Part shown: positions 44,486 through 55,189 of the stretch, piece after piece | How the letters are laid out: each line of letters begins with the position of its first letter | Position numbering within the stretch: the first letter of the stretch is position 1 | Source: Sporopachydermia quercuum | Taxonomy: Eukaryota | Assembly (NCBI GenBank): GCA_001599295.1 | Contig: BCGN01000006.1 | Coordinates: forward strand, 434,001 to 498,000 | DNA length: 64,000 nt | Reading direction: 5' to 3' | The notes under the pieces: generated by a model | Told to the model about the DNA's origin: nothing | Database searches by the model: none | What the model saw: only the letters and a program-made list of their open reading frames with translations | Program-made: the position numbers and the translations under genes

Positions 44486-45151
44486 TTATGCTTCAGCTAA
44501 TTCTCTGAGACGTCTGATAGTAGATCTGACAGTCGTAGCAGCAGGAGTGCTAATAAAATCGTTAGNAACAATTGAACAAAAAATGTTTACAATCAACTAT
44601 ATAATATTAATTATAACTTACGCTAAAGTATAAGCACCACCAGCGATGGTCTTACCACTGGATTGGTCGTACCAAACACCAACAGCTCTTCTCTTAACGG
44701 CATTCTTACCGGTGAAAGGAGACAAGTATCTGGCGTGTTGTTGAACTTCCAACTTCTTACATTGACGTCTTAAGGAAGAACCGTATCTCACACCGTATTT
44801 ACCGGTGATTCCAACCTTCTTAGTTCTCTTAGTCCTGAGATACTGTTAGCATTAATCCTGCAGGTGAATATTGAACTTATTTTGTAATATTCGTTGTATA
44901 TTTCTGAACGATCGAATATTGCTGAATATAAAAAACAATCACATATTTAGAAGATATGATTGAATTTCGTTTCTGAGTTTTGAAGGGACAGATCTTGAAC
45001 AATCTTCGTTATACTTGTGGAACCCAGTACAGTACCGGACTCCGTGCTGCCAAATAAACGTTGAATGTTTACTCTCGTTGTTTATTCCCATAATATCAAC
45101 ACTACAATATAATCAAAAAATCAGTTCTCGTCATTTAGTTAACACTTACAT
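44486..45151 (-). CDS. RPL43: 60S ribosomal protein eL43 (L37a), 3 exons, zinc ligands lost
   Basis: Exons 45151-45150 (AT), 44834-44622 and 44549-44486. Introns 45149-44835 and 44621-44550 (GTAAGT..TGCTAAC/TNCTAAC..YAG). The 279-nt CDS gives [92 protein letters not shown]. Not in the ORF track. Confidence 0.96.
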
Positions 45152-46513
45152 TGTGATCTGGTTTGATGTTAGTAAAGTTGTTCAGATGATGAAATGTTTT
45201 GGTAAGTAGCCGAACAAAAACGAATGATAGTAAAACGCAATCAATGAAACAAACGATCTTTGTTGGACAGTTTTAGTTCTATAATTTAATTGAAAATCCC
45301 ACACAAGCTAGTACTAATTCGCCTTCTAAGAGTTATTCTCTTCACTCAACTATCGTCGCAATATCATTCATTGTTTCAGCCCAATTATATCAATCCCACT
45401 TACATAAAATTGTTCTTATATGAATCGTTATAATCACCGAGTTCTGGTTCAACAATAACTACAATTTAAACAAATTTCTCTTAAGAAGAACTTGTAATAA
45501 TAATAGCTATATGGGAATATGGAAAGCGAAACCAGGAATATTAGAATGGGATAGAATAGAATGCACTAGGATCCTTACTGAGAGTGTGGTGGCTACTGCA
45601 TCTACTGTTTCTCGACCAAATGTGCGTGGGTGGGTATCAATGAAAATTTACCAATAGTTATCACTCATAGAAATGTTTCTCATTCTTCAGTATAACTATT
45701 TCATTATTTCCTAAGTAGGACATCTATTTGATTGACCTTATTATTATATATCGAGTCAAAGCCCTTGAAAACTACACGTGATGAATATTAAATCTCTTTT
45801 CTTTCTCAATTTCTATTATTTAATTACATAAGCATTAATACCGTTAGAACACCTACAACGGTGCTTCTCCGACAAGTGGTTTTTGTATGGAGCTCCTTCT
45901 GGGCTGTGTCACGTTGATGCACAACAATATTCCAACTCCTTTTGATAGAACGATGGAAATTGTATTGGAGATTTAACTGATTCGAATACGGAGATTAGTA
46001 GTTATTATATACTTAAATCCTCTGTATTGTGATATTGATACTCTTTTGCTAATAACGGATGTGTTTTGCAAGAAGGAGCAGAGCAACTATTGGTGCTGAT
46101 CTCATTACTTTCTATCATATTGACTCTTCAGTGGATGATATTATTATAAGGAACAAAGCATAAACCACAGGCTGAAAGGGAAGGTTCTGTATTTTGTAGG
46201 GGTAGCTAAAAGTGTTTTATGTTTTCTTCAATTGTATTTCAATTGTAGCTAGCGGTTGTATCTACCAACGCACTCCGGTACCTATATAAGCGCTCTGGGA
46301 TATTCATCTCATCCTCATCTTACCTACTGCCTATCAATTGCTTTACAATCCATCTAATAAAAAAGTACAGAGTTACAGAAAGTTGCAATAAGATAACAGA
46401 GAGAAAAATTGGGACCGACCTCACCAAGTATTCAGCAGTTAATTACCTCAGATCTCTTTTAATTTGGAACATTCGGTTCGTCTAGTCTAATCAATCCTCC
46501 ATATCCTCTTACT

Positions 46514-49500
46514 ATGTCAAGAAATAACCCATACGAAGGTGCCAACATAGGGAGAAATCCCTTTGACGGTTCCGACAGCGATGACGAATTTGATTTTGAT
46601 TTACTCTCGTCTTCAAATGCCAACCAAACAAATAAAACGTCTACGTCTGACAATGATCAGGGGCCTAATGTGGCGTTTGGTTTGACCAAAGAATCAAATA
46701 GCAATGTGAATCGCAACCAGGAACCAAACTATGGACAAGGCATGGATTTGAATATAAATGATCCTTATTACCTGGGGAATAATCAATCGTTACGACAGTT
46801 TGATAGTATTACTACCAGTGCCAATAATAATGAATTCTTTGATGATTTCGAAGACCCTTTCACCAATAACGCTAATGACTATATAACAGCAGATGATCGT
46901 GATGCAGTGCTACATCATGATGGTGATATTTACAACAGACCAAGTGGAGCTAGCACAGGGACTGGAAAAGGAATCTCTGGTTTTTATTCCAACCTGAAAT
47001 CCAAACTAGGTTTTGGTCACTCTTATGCTGGTGTTGATGTTCCTTTGACAGCTGGGACAACTAGTACAGGAATAGGTGCAGGTGCAGGTACTAGTAGTAC
47101 CAGTAACCCTTTTACTGATCCAAACACTCCTTCAGAGGAACCATCACAAGATTTCGACATCAGAAGACTGTTTGCTAAAATAACCGGCAAAGAAAATAAA
47201 TCCTACATGCCTACAGGCCCCAGAGAAATTTATCTTAATAATCCGACATCTAATCACATCCAAGGCTATGGAGACAATCATATCAGTACAACAAAATATA
47301 ATCTATTCACTTTCCTACCTAAGTTTCTTTTCGAACAGTTCTCCAAGTATGCAAACCTGTTTTTCCTCTTCACAGCAATTATCCAACAGGTCCCTGACGT
47401 TTCTCCTACAAATAGATGGACCACATTTATTACCATTTTAGTAGTTCTGGTAGTATCAGCAGTTAAGGAGATAGTAGAAGATGTGAAACGAGCCAATGCT
47501 GATAAGGAATTGAACAATTCCATTACTCAAGTGCTTGTTGGAGGTGAGTTTACCCCTAAACGATGGATCAATGTTGCTGTTGGTGATATCCTTAGAGTGA
47601 AATCAGAAGATCCTATACCTGCTGATATGATTCTTTTAACCTCTTCTGAACCAGAGGGGCTTTGCTATATTGAAACTGCAAATCTAGACGGTGAAACAAA
47701 TCTGAAAATCAAACAGGCATCGCCAGATACTTGTCACCTGCTCTCTCCAAGTGAACTAAGCCGTGTGGGAGGTAAAATTCTCTCTGAACAACCAAATAGC
47801 AGTTTATATACCTACGAGGGTGCCTTGCAACTTCAGCAAGGCGGAGTTACCAAGGAAATAGCTCTTTCGCCCGAACAAATGATTCTCAGAGGTGCCACAT
47901 TACGGAATACACCGTGGATTCATGGTATCGTGATATTTACTGGTCATGAGACAAAGCTGATGCGTAATGCAACAGCAGCACCAATCAAACGTACAGCTGT
48001 AGAACATCTAATCAATTTACAAGTGGTTTTCCTGTTTTCTATTCTTATCTTGCTGTCACTGGTATCCTCTATGGGCAACGTGATCAAAATCTCTGTATCT
48101 AAAGACCATTTGTCTTATCTGGCAGTGGAGGGTAAAAACTTAGCGGGCGTTTTTTTCAAAGACTTACTTACTTATTGGATTTTATACTCAAATCTGGTTC
48201 CTATTTCCCTGTTCGTTACTATCGAGGTAATCAAGTTCTATCAAGGATATTTGATAGGGTCAGATCTAGATATGTATTATGCAGAAACTGATACACCCTG
48301 TGTATGCAGAACATCTAGTTTGGTAGAAGAGCTAGGACAAATTGAGTATATATTCAGTGATAAAACTGGCACACTGACTAGGAACATTATGGAGTTTAGA
48401 TGCTGTTCTATAGCCGGTAAATGCTATATTGGTGAGATCCCCGAGGATAGAAAAGCTATTATGGTAGATGGTGTAGAGATGGGCTTCCATACTTTTGAAG
48501 AGATGCAACAGGAGCTAAATGGGGATAGTGGCCTGAAAATTGTGTCAGGTGGTAATTCAGATACCGCCCTAGTTATCAATGAATTCTTGACTTTATTGGC
48601 AACTTGTCATACAGTTATACCCGAAATCACTGATGAACTGGATCCGAAAATTGTAAACAACGCCCATCCCGATTTTAGAATCAAATACCAAGCAGCTTCT
48701 CCTGATGAAGGAGCCCTGGTTCAAGGTGCTGCTGACTTAGGGTATAAGTTCACTACTAGAACTCCACGATTAGTCACCGTTGAAGTAAACAACCAAAAGC
48801 TCAATTACGAATTGCTAAATATATGCGAGTTCAATTCCACCAGGAAACGAATGAGCGCTATTTTCAGAACTCCGGATGGTACTATTAAGCTCTACTGCAA
48901 AGGTGCTGATACTGTTATCCTAGAGAGATTGGTTCAAGACATTGAAAATCCTTTTATAGAAGCAACAACACGTCATCTAGAGGAATTTGCAGCAGACGGT
49001 CTTAGAACTCTTTGCTTGGCTACCAGAATTATCCCAGAGGAAGAATATAGCCATTGGAGTAGGATCTATGAAAAAGCGGCCTTAACATTGAACAATAGAA
49101 GCGAAGAGTTAGATAAAGCCGCAGAACTAATAGAAACGGATTTGTTCCTGCTAGGAGCTACAGCAATTGAAGACAAACTTCAAGATGGAGTTCCTGAAAC
49201 AATCCACACTTTGCAAAACGCTGGAGTCAAAATATGGGTTTTGACTGGTGACAGACAGGAAACAGCTATCAACATTGGACTTAGCTGTAAACTCTTGAGC
49301 GAGGAGATGAATTTGTTAATTGTTAACGAAACATCCAAAGAAGATACCAGAAGAAATATTGCCAGTAAACTAGCAGCAATCACCAGCCATCAAATCACGG
49401 CAGCAGAAATGGATTCTTTGGCTTTAGTGATTGATGGCAAATCATTAGGATACGCATTAGAACCTGATCTAGAACTAGACCTGTTGAAACTTGGCCAACA

Positions 49501-50662
49501 TTGTAAATCAGTGATCTGCTGCCGAGTCTCACCATTGCAAAAAGCCCTGGTGGTGAAAATGGTGAAAAAACATACAAAATCTTTGCTGTTAGCTATTGGT
49601 GACGGTGCTAACGATGTGTCAATGATTCAAGCTGCTCACGTAGGTATTGGTATCTCTGGTATGGAAGGCATGCAGGCTGCGCGTTCTGCAGATGTTAGCA
49701 TTGGTCAATTCAAGTATTTGAGGAAACTCTTACTTGTTCATGGGCTTTGGAGTTACCAACGACTTTCTGTAGCTATTCTCTACTCATTCTATAAGAACAT
49801 TGCCCTGTATTTGACCCAGTTTTGGTTTGTCTTTTATAATGTTTTTTCTGGTCAGTCTATCTACGAATCGTGGACAATTACATTCTACAATGTGTTTTTC
49901 ACTGTTTTACCACCTTTCGTTCTTGGAGTGTTTGATCAATTTGTATCAGCAAGACTATTAGATAGATATCCTCAACTTTACAAGCTAGGTCAGAATTCTA
50001 CCTTTTTCAACGTCAGGATTTTCTGGGGATGGATTTTGAATGGTGTGTATCATTCCATTATCCTTTTTTTTGGCGCAGCAGGTATCTATCGTTATGGTAA
50101 CGTTCAAGGCAATGGTCTTGTTTCAGGACAGTACCCTTGGGGTACAGCATTATTTTCAGCATGCGTGTTGACAACGTTAGGCAAAGCTGCCATTGTATCA
50201 TCTACTTGGACGAAATTCACTCTTGCCAGCATTCCAGGGTCATTTTTGTTCTGGGTAGTCGCCTTTCCTCCATATAGTGTGATTGCACCTTTGATCAATG
50301 TTTCTAAAGAATATAAGGGCGTTTTGGTTCAAGTTTACGGGTCCTTGAACTTCTGGGCTATGACACTTGGTCTTCCAGTGTTATGTTTGCTTAGAGATCT
50401 TGGTTGGAAGTACTACAGAAGAATGTATAGGCCGTTAGAGTATCATTATGTACAGGAGATTCAGAAATACAACGTGGCAGACTATAGACCTCGAATGGAA
50501 CAATTTCAGAAGGCTATTAGGAAAGTGCGTCAAGTGCAAAGAATGCGGAAACAAAGAGGATTTGCATTTTCACAAGGTGATGAAGGACAAGAGAAACTGG
50601 TCAGGTTGTATGATACCACACAGGCTCGTGGAAAGTATGGTGAATTGAAAGAAGCTACTTAG
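46514..50662 (+). CDS. DRS2: P4-ATPase phospholipid flippase Drs2
   Basis: Contains DNHISTTKYN, IETANLDGETNLK, NLVPISL, DKTGTLT, TGDRQETA, GDGAND and the C-terminal autoinhibitory RMRKQRGFAFSQ, with N-terminal NPF/DPF motifs. Confidence 0.95.
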   Translation: MSRNNPYEGANIGRNPFDGSDSDDEFDFDLLSSSNANQTNKTSTSDNDQGPNVAFGLTKESNSNVNRNQEPNYGQGMDLNINDPYYLGNNQSLRQFDSITTSANNNEFFDDFEDPFTNNANDYITADDRDAVLHHDGDIYNRPSGASTGTGKGISGFYSNLKSKLGFGHSYAGVDVPLTAGTTSTGIGAGAGTSSTSNPFTDPNTPSEEPSQDFDIRRLFAKITGKENKSYMPTGPREIYLNNPTSNHIQGYGDNHISTTKYNLFTFLPKFLFEQFSKYANLFFLFTAIIQQVPDVSPTNRWTTFITILVVLVVSAVKEIVEDVKRANADKELNNSITQVLVGGEFTPKRWINVAVGDILRVKSEDPIPADMILLTSSEPEGLCYIETANLDGETNLKIKQASPDTCHLLSPSELSRVGGKILSEQPNSSLYTYEGALQLQQGGVTKEIALSPEQMILRGATLRNTPWIHGIVIFTGHETKLMRNATAAPIKRTAVEHLINLQVVFLFSILILLSLVSSMGNVIKISVSKDHLSYLAVEGKNLAGVFFKDLLTYWILYSNLVPISLFVTIEVIKFYQGYLIGSDLDMYYAETDTPCVCRTSSLVEELGQIEYIFSDKTGTLTRNIMEFRCCSIAGKCYIGEIPEDRKAIMVDGVEMGFHTFEEMQQELNGDSGLKIVSGGNSDTALVINEFLTLLATCHTVIPEITDELDPKIVNNAHPDFRIKYQAASPDEGALVQGAADLGYKFTTRTPRLVTVEVNNQKLNYELLNICEFNSTRKRMSAIFRTPDGTIKLYCKGADTVILERLVQDIENPFIEATTRHLEEFAADGLRTLCLATRIIPEEEYSHWSRIYEKAALTLNNRSEELDKAAELIETDLFLLGATAIEDKLQDGVPETIHTLQNAGVKIWVLTGDRQETAINIGLSCKLLSEEMNLLIVNETSKEDTRRNIASKLAAITSHQITAAEMDSLALVIDGKSLGYALEPDLELDLLKLGQHCKSVICCRVSPLQKALVVKMVKKHTKSLLLAIGDGANDVSMIQAAHVGIGISGMEGMQAARSADVSIGQFKYLRKLLLVHGLWSYQRLSVAILYSFYKNIALYLTQFWFVFYNVFSGQSIYESWTITFYNVFFTVLPPFVLGVFDQFVSARLLDRYPQLYKLGQNSTFFNVRIFWGWILNGVYHSIILFFGAAGIYRYGNVQGNGLVSGQYPWGTALFSACVLTTLGKAAIVSSTWTKFTLASIPGSFLFWVVAFPPYSVIAPLINVSKEYKGVLVQVYGSLNFWAMTLGLPVLCLLRDLGWKYYRRMYRPLEYHYVQEIQKYNVADYRPRMEQFQKAIRKVRQVQRMRKQRGFAFSQGDEGQEKLVRLYDTTQARGKYGELKEAT

Positions 50663-51564
50663 ACTTTAAGTTAGATAGATGGAATGATGTTGCAAATGTG
50701 TGCAGATGTGTATAGATTGTTAGCTTGTATGACTGAATGGAAGGTATGAAATACTAGCATTTACTAAATGAACAACGTTTTCATATTTCAGCGATTTGAT
50801 TGAAGGAGATGGTTCTATGTATGAAACAGAACGTTAACTCCAAAATTACCCAACTGTACCTACACCTTTGGTTCATCTTGCCAACAAGATGATACTCCAT
50901 TAAGTATGAGAATAAAGAAGCGACGCATGTTCACAAAGTGTTATCAAAGATATTATTCTACAACTGGTAAGACTATTCATCAAAAATACAGTACTAGATA
51001 AGCTTTTACTTCCATTAATATGAATGATTGTCTCAATATTAAATTGTTCTACTAAGCATGAATCACAGCATCCCATAACAGAGGGTAAATTCTGTGGGGA
51101 TTAGAAGCTTAAAAGATGAGATGGTAGGAGACGAGACTCCGTACTATATCACGTGTATTTTATAAGTTTCCCAATGATTGGTATCCATTCCGATAACTCA
51201 TTGACAGGATATATAACATAACTGGCTTCGGTTGGTAAGATGGAAAATAGTAGTAAGCCTGCCAACAGATTGGATTTATTAGCATTTATATATTTAATTT
51301 AGAACACCTCTCTAATTGATGAGGTTCTGGTATAGTAGGCATGCTGCAAGAGGGTTCAAATTAACATAATGAGTAGTAGGCACTCAATGGTATTAGACAT
51401 ACATATCTATGAACCATAATTCATTATTTATCAGCTCTTATTCATCAAATATACTATAACAGCTTCTATAATGAATTTTCCCCTTATTACTATCTTCAGA
51501 TACATCTTTTAATTGTTATTTTCACTATCCTCCCCATAGGTTCCCGTCATCTCAATTAACCCTT

Positions 51565-52911
51565 TTATAAATCCAATGAAACATCAGCGGGGTTCAACTG
51601 TTCATGTTTGAATTCTTTATCACCACCGGCACCAACGTAATCACCAGCTATTTGTCCAGTGCCCTTCATTATATATTGATAGCCAACTAATCCCTCTAAA
51701 CCAACAGGGCCTCTAGCATGAATCTTGTTAGTAGAGATTCCTACTTCAGTACCAAAGCCGTATCTGAAACCATCAGCAAATCTAGTAGATGCATTCCAAT
51801 AGACGCCTGAAGAATCAACACCTTTAAGGAATTGAGCGGCTTTTTCTTTACTTTCAGTGATAATACAATCAGTATGCTTAGATGAATGCCTGTTAATATG
51901 TGAAACAGCTTCAGATACTGATGGGATAGTAGTCACAGAGATATCAAGCGACAGGTACTCTTTATCAAAGGCATCATAATCAGCATCAACAACTTTTTCT
52001 GCTTCTTCGGAGGTAAGATACTTTGATAGAACAGGTTTCAATTCGGCAGTGACATGAAGAGTTACACCAGCTTTTATCAAAGCTTTAGCTACTGAAGGCA
52101 AAACAGTATCCACAGCTTTGCGATTTACTAGAAGCTGCTCTACAGCGTTACAACCGGCAGGGTAATTGGTCTTAGCATCAACGACAATTCTTTCGGCCAT
52201 AGAAACATCAGCATCTTCTTCAACATAAATAGAACAGATCCCGTCAGCATGGCCTAAGACTGGGATCTTGGTATTGGATTTAATATTTCTTACCAGAGCA
52301 TTGGAGCCTCTGGGGATCACTAAATCAATGAATTTATCTTGAGATAATAAAGCACCTACTTCTTCTCTAGTAGCAACCAGCTGAATAGCCTTAGCAGGAA
52401 CAGCTGTAGAAGCCAATGACCTGCTTACAACAGAAGCCATAGCTTGGAAAGTGTGAAGAGATTCTTTACCGCCTTTTAGGATAGCAGCATTACCTGATTT
52501 AATAGCCAATGCAGTAATATTGGCGATAACCTCTGGACGAGACTCGAAAATCACCAATAGAACTCCTACAGGGCAAGTGACACGATAAAGATCAAGGCCA
52601 TCGTCAATTTTAGTTGCCAATGTAATCTTTCCAATAGGATCTTCTAGCTCAGCAACATCAAGTATACCTTTAAGCATAGTTTCGTATTTATCACCTTTTG
52701 AAAGATCCAACCGTTTTATTAATGAAGAACTAAGGTTATCTGATTCTGCTGCTTTCATATCAAGCAAATTTGCAGCTATAATCTCATCTTTGGCTTCACT
52801 AAGTCCTTCATAGACAGCTTTTAGAGCATTTGTTCTCTCATCATTAGACAGTGTCTTAAGAATTGTGGAGGCTATGTGCGCATCCTGGGCAATTTGTTCA
52901 GCGTTTGTCAT
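51565..52911 (-). CDS. PRO2: Gamma-glutamyl phosphate reductase
   Basis: Contains PVGVLLVIFESRP, KSGNAAILKGGKE, LVIPRGS, the catalytic YPAGCNAVE and NASTRFADGFRYGFGTEVGIST.KIHARGPVGL. Confidence 0.97.
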   Translation of the reverse strand: MTNAEQIAQDAHIASTILKTLSNDERTNALKAVYEGLSEAKDEIIAANLLDMKAAESDNLSSSLIKRLDLSKGDKYETMLKGILDVAELEDPIGKITLATKIDDGLDLYRVTCPVGVLLVIFESRPEVIANITALAIKSGNAAILKGGKESLHTFQAMASVVSRSLASTAVPAKAIQLVATREEVGALLSQDKFIDLVIPRGSNALVRNIKSNTKIPVLGHADGICSIYVEEDADVSMAERIVVDAKTNYPAGCNAVEQLLVNRKAVDTVLPSVAKALIKAGVTLHVTAELKPVLSKYLTSEEAEKVVDADYDAFDKEYLSLDISVTTIPSVSEAVSHINRHSSKHTDCIITESKEKAAQFLKGVDSSGVYWNASTRFADGFRYGFGTEVGISTNKIHARGPVGLEGLVGYQYIMKGTGQIAGDYVGAGGDKEFKHEQLNPADVSLDL

Positions 52912-53176
52912 CCTGATTTTTCTTTTTCTTTTCTTTTATTCTATTTGATAAACTTTTGTTAATATACAGTAAAATATATGCATAAATATATTTAATATAT
53001 CTAACATTGTTTGTCCTATTTACTACCTGTAGCTATGTATGTAATGAAAAGGAATCTCAAAGGCTTTGCTTATAAGGATTTTTAGGTAGTCAGTCATCTT
53101 GAAGAATTGTTCCTTAAGAATTTGGTTTGAATCATTTATAGTGAACAAGTTTTCTTTCGAACTGAGCAACTTGATA

Positions 53177-53650
53177 TCACGTGATCGGATTAATGATTGG
53201 TTAATATAGAATAGAGGGAAATAAAAGAGATAAATAACGATTAATAGAGAGCTAAACATAAATATATTAGGGTCAGAGTACTGGAGAACTAGTGACTTTG
53301 TTATTCTTATGAAGGGCCAATTTTAAAGACCAAGAATGAAGAAATTGGTTGATATCTAAGAAGTGAAAGTGTGATAGTTATGTTGGATGATGGATGATGG
53401 ATAGTAGTCCAACTCTACAAGGTGAGGCTAGATGTAGAGATGTAGAGCTCTAAATGGTATAGAAGTTGTTAAATTTTCAAGAGACATTGAAATAAACTAC
53501 TCCAAACATTTAGTTCATATTGAAATTGCTTGTAGTTTCATTATTCTCATCATTTCTAGTTTCATTTCTAGTTTCATGTCTAACTCTCCAAAACATGTGA
53601 CCATATCAACCTAAAATCTAAGTCACATGTCATTAATTTTAACACGTGAC
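53177..53650. promoter_or_regulatory. CACGTG (Cbf1/bHLH-type) sites in the PRO2-CSN3 divergent promoter
   Basis: ATCACGTGAT near 53177 and CACGTGAC near 53643. Confidence 0.4.
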
Positions 53651-53849
53651 TTCCCCATATCTGTGCCATCTTCATTTCCATCATTGTCAGAATCACCAAC
53701 AGCTCTTTCTTATCATCAACTGCCTCAACAGCATCAGTAGCTATTTAAAAACATATTTAGCTCACTTCTATTAACGCTTATATTTGAGTTCTCAACAGCA
53801 TTCAACGCCATTATTAATTTGATGCCAAAAGGGCCACCATCTCAGAAGT

Positions 53850-55189
53850 ATGGACCAACTTATCACACTCCTCCAGGCAGGCGAAATCACTCAGCTAAAA
53901 AGCCAAATAGAACAACTGAATTATCAGCAGCTATGGGCGCTTTTATCTCATGTCCGACTGAGGAACCCATCCTGGACGTTTATTATTTCCCAAATGGTGA
54001 GGCAAGATGTCAATGGGGCATTCTTATTTGACTCTTTGACGCCAGTAATGGAGGATTATCTGTACTATATTAACATTGATGAGATCCCACAAGTTAAAGA
54101 ACAATGTAAGTTTGATGAGAATGTGAATGATGAGAATTCATGCATAAAAGGAGCAAATACTAACAAACAATATTAGTTGCATTAATAATAAGAACCTATG
54201 GCCAACTAGGTATTACCTGGAATAAACATGATATAGTATCAGCTATCTATAGAAAATTCCTTCGACGGATCCCTCACAGTACTACAAGACTGAACCCTCT
54301 TCATAGGTTTTCAGGAGTTCCAGAGATTTCAGAGGCTGATGCTATAGTAGAAATAGCTCCAGAATACGGAACAAATGCTCAAGACGCATACTGCTATTTC
54401 TACCAACTAGGGATTATGGGTATCACTAACGAGCTTCCTGCATGCATAGGTCTACAAAGCATGGAAATAGCAGTGCAGTTTGCATACAGAGGTACCGGAA
54501 GCACAGTACAGTATGATTCTATGAGACTGATAGAAGCATATGTGTTGAATTGGCTTCTGGCTGGGTGTGATGGCATAGACACTGAGACTGATAAAATGGT
54601 GAAAGCCATATGCAAGTATTCTGGTGTGAAAGATTCAGTAGGAGTTGATCTGATTCAAAAATATCTTTCTGATGATGTCTCGGGTCTAATAAGAGTCTAT
54701 GGAAATGCAGAAGGGCAAGTACTAGGAAATGTACCGTTGAGAAATCTAGTTAGGAGGGTAATAGCAAGAATGAGACTGAAGGCCATCAATGTTCTCTCCC
54801 GGGTTTATACGAGTGTTTCTATGGAAGAGTTATTAAACGACGAGAAACTGAGCCCATTTGAAGGTTTAGAAGGTCTTCCCGGGCTTGAAGAACTGTTTGG
54901 TGATGTAGAAATTGTCGATTTCAGTAGTGCAGATCTTCGTAAAAGACTACAGCTGAATAGAATACGAAATATGGATGATATGAGACGGAGTATAGGCAAT
55001 CTTCTTGGCGGGGTAGACCATTTGAATCTCAGGAGTGAGAAAAGGGGAGATACAATTCGGAAGGGAAGTGTATTAAATGAAGAGGTCTCACAGGGTGAGG
55101 AAGACGATGAAGATGAAGAGGCTGAGACTGAAGAAGATGACTATCAGAGTGAAATGAGCCAACGACAGTTAGACGATGAGCTTGATTGA
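53850..55189 (+). CDS. CSN3: Divergent PCI-domain protein, probably COP9 signalosome subunit 3, 2 exons
   Basis: Exons 53850-54105 and 54177-55189. Intron 54106-54176 (GTAAGT..TACTAAC..TAG) joins two ORF-track pieces in frame. The motifs RLNPLH, DAYCYFYQLG, LIEAY and NLVRRVIARMRLKAINVLSRVYTSVSMEEL parallel CSN3 (LTSIH, FLCYYYYGG, LESYKK, LVKQ...IQRLTKTFLTLSL). Confidence 0.6.

Noticed and set aside
44835..45149. Intronic snoRNA in RPL43 intron 1
   Set aside because: The only C/D-like pair (ATGACGA...CTGA) is 3 nt apart, and no H/ACA hairpins were evident.
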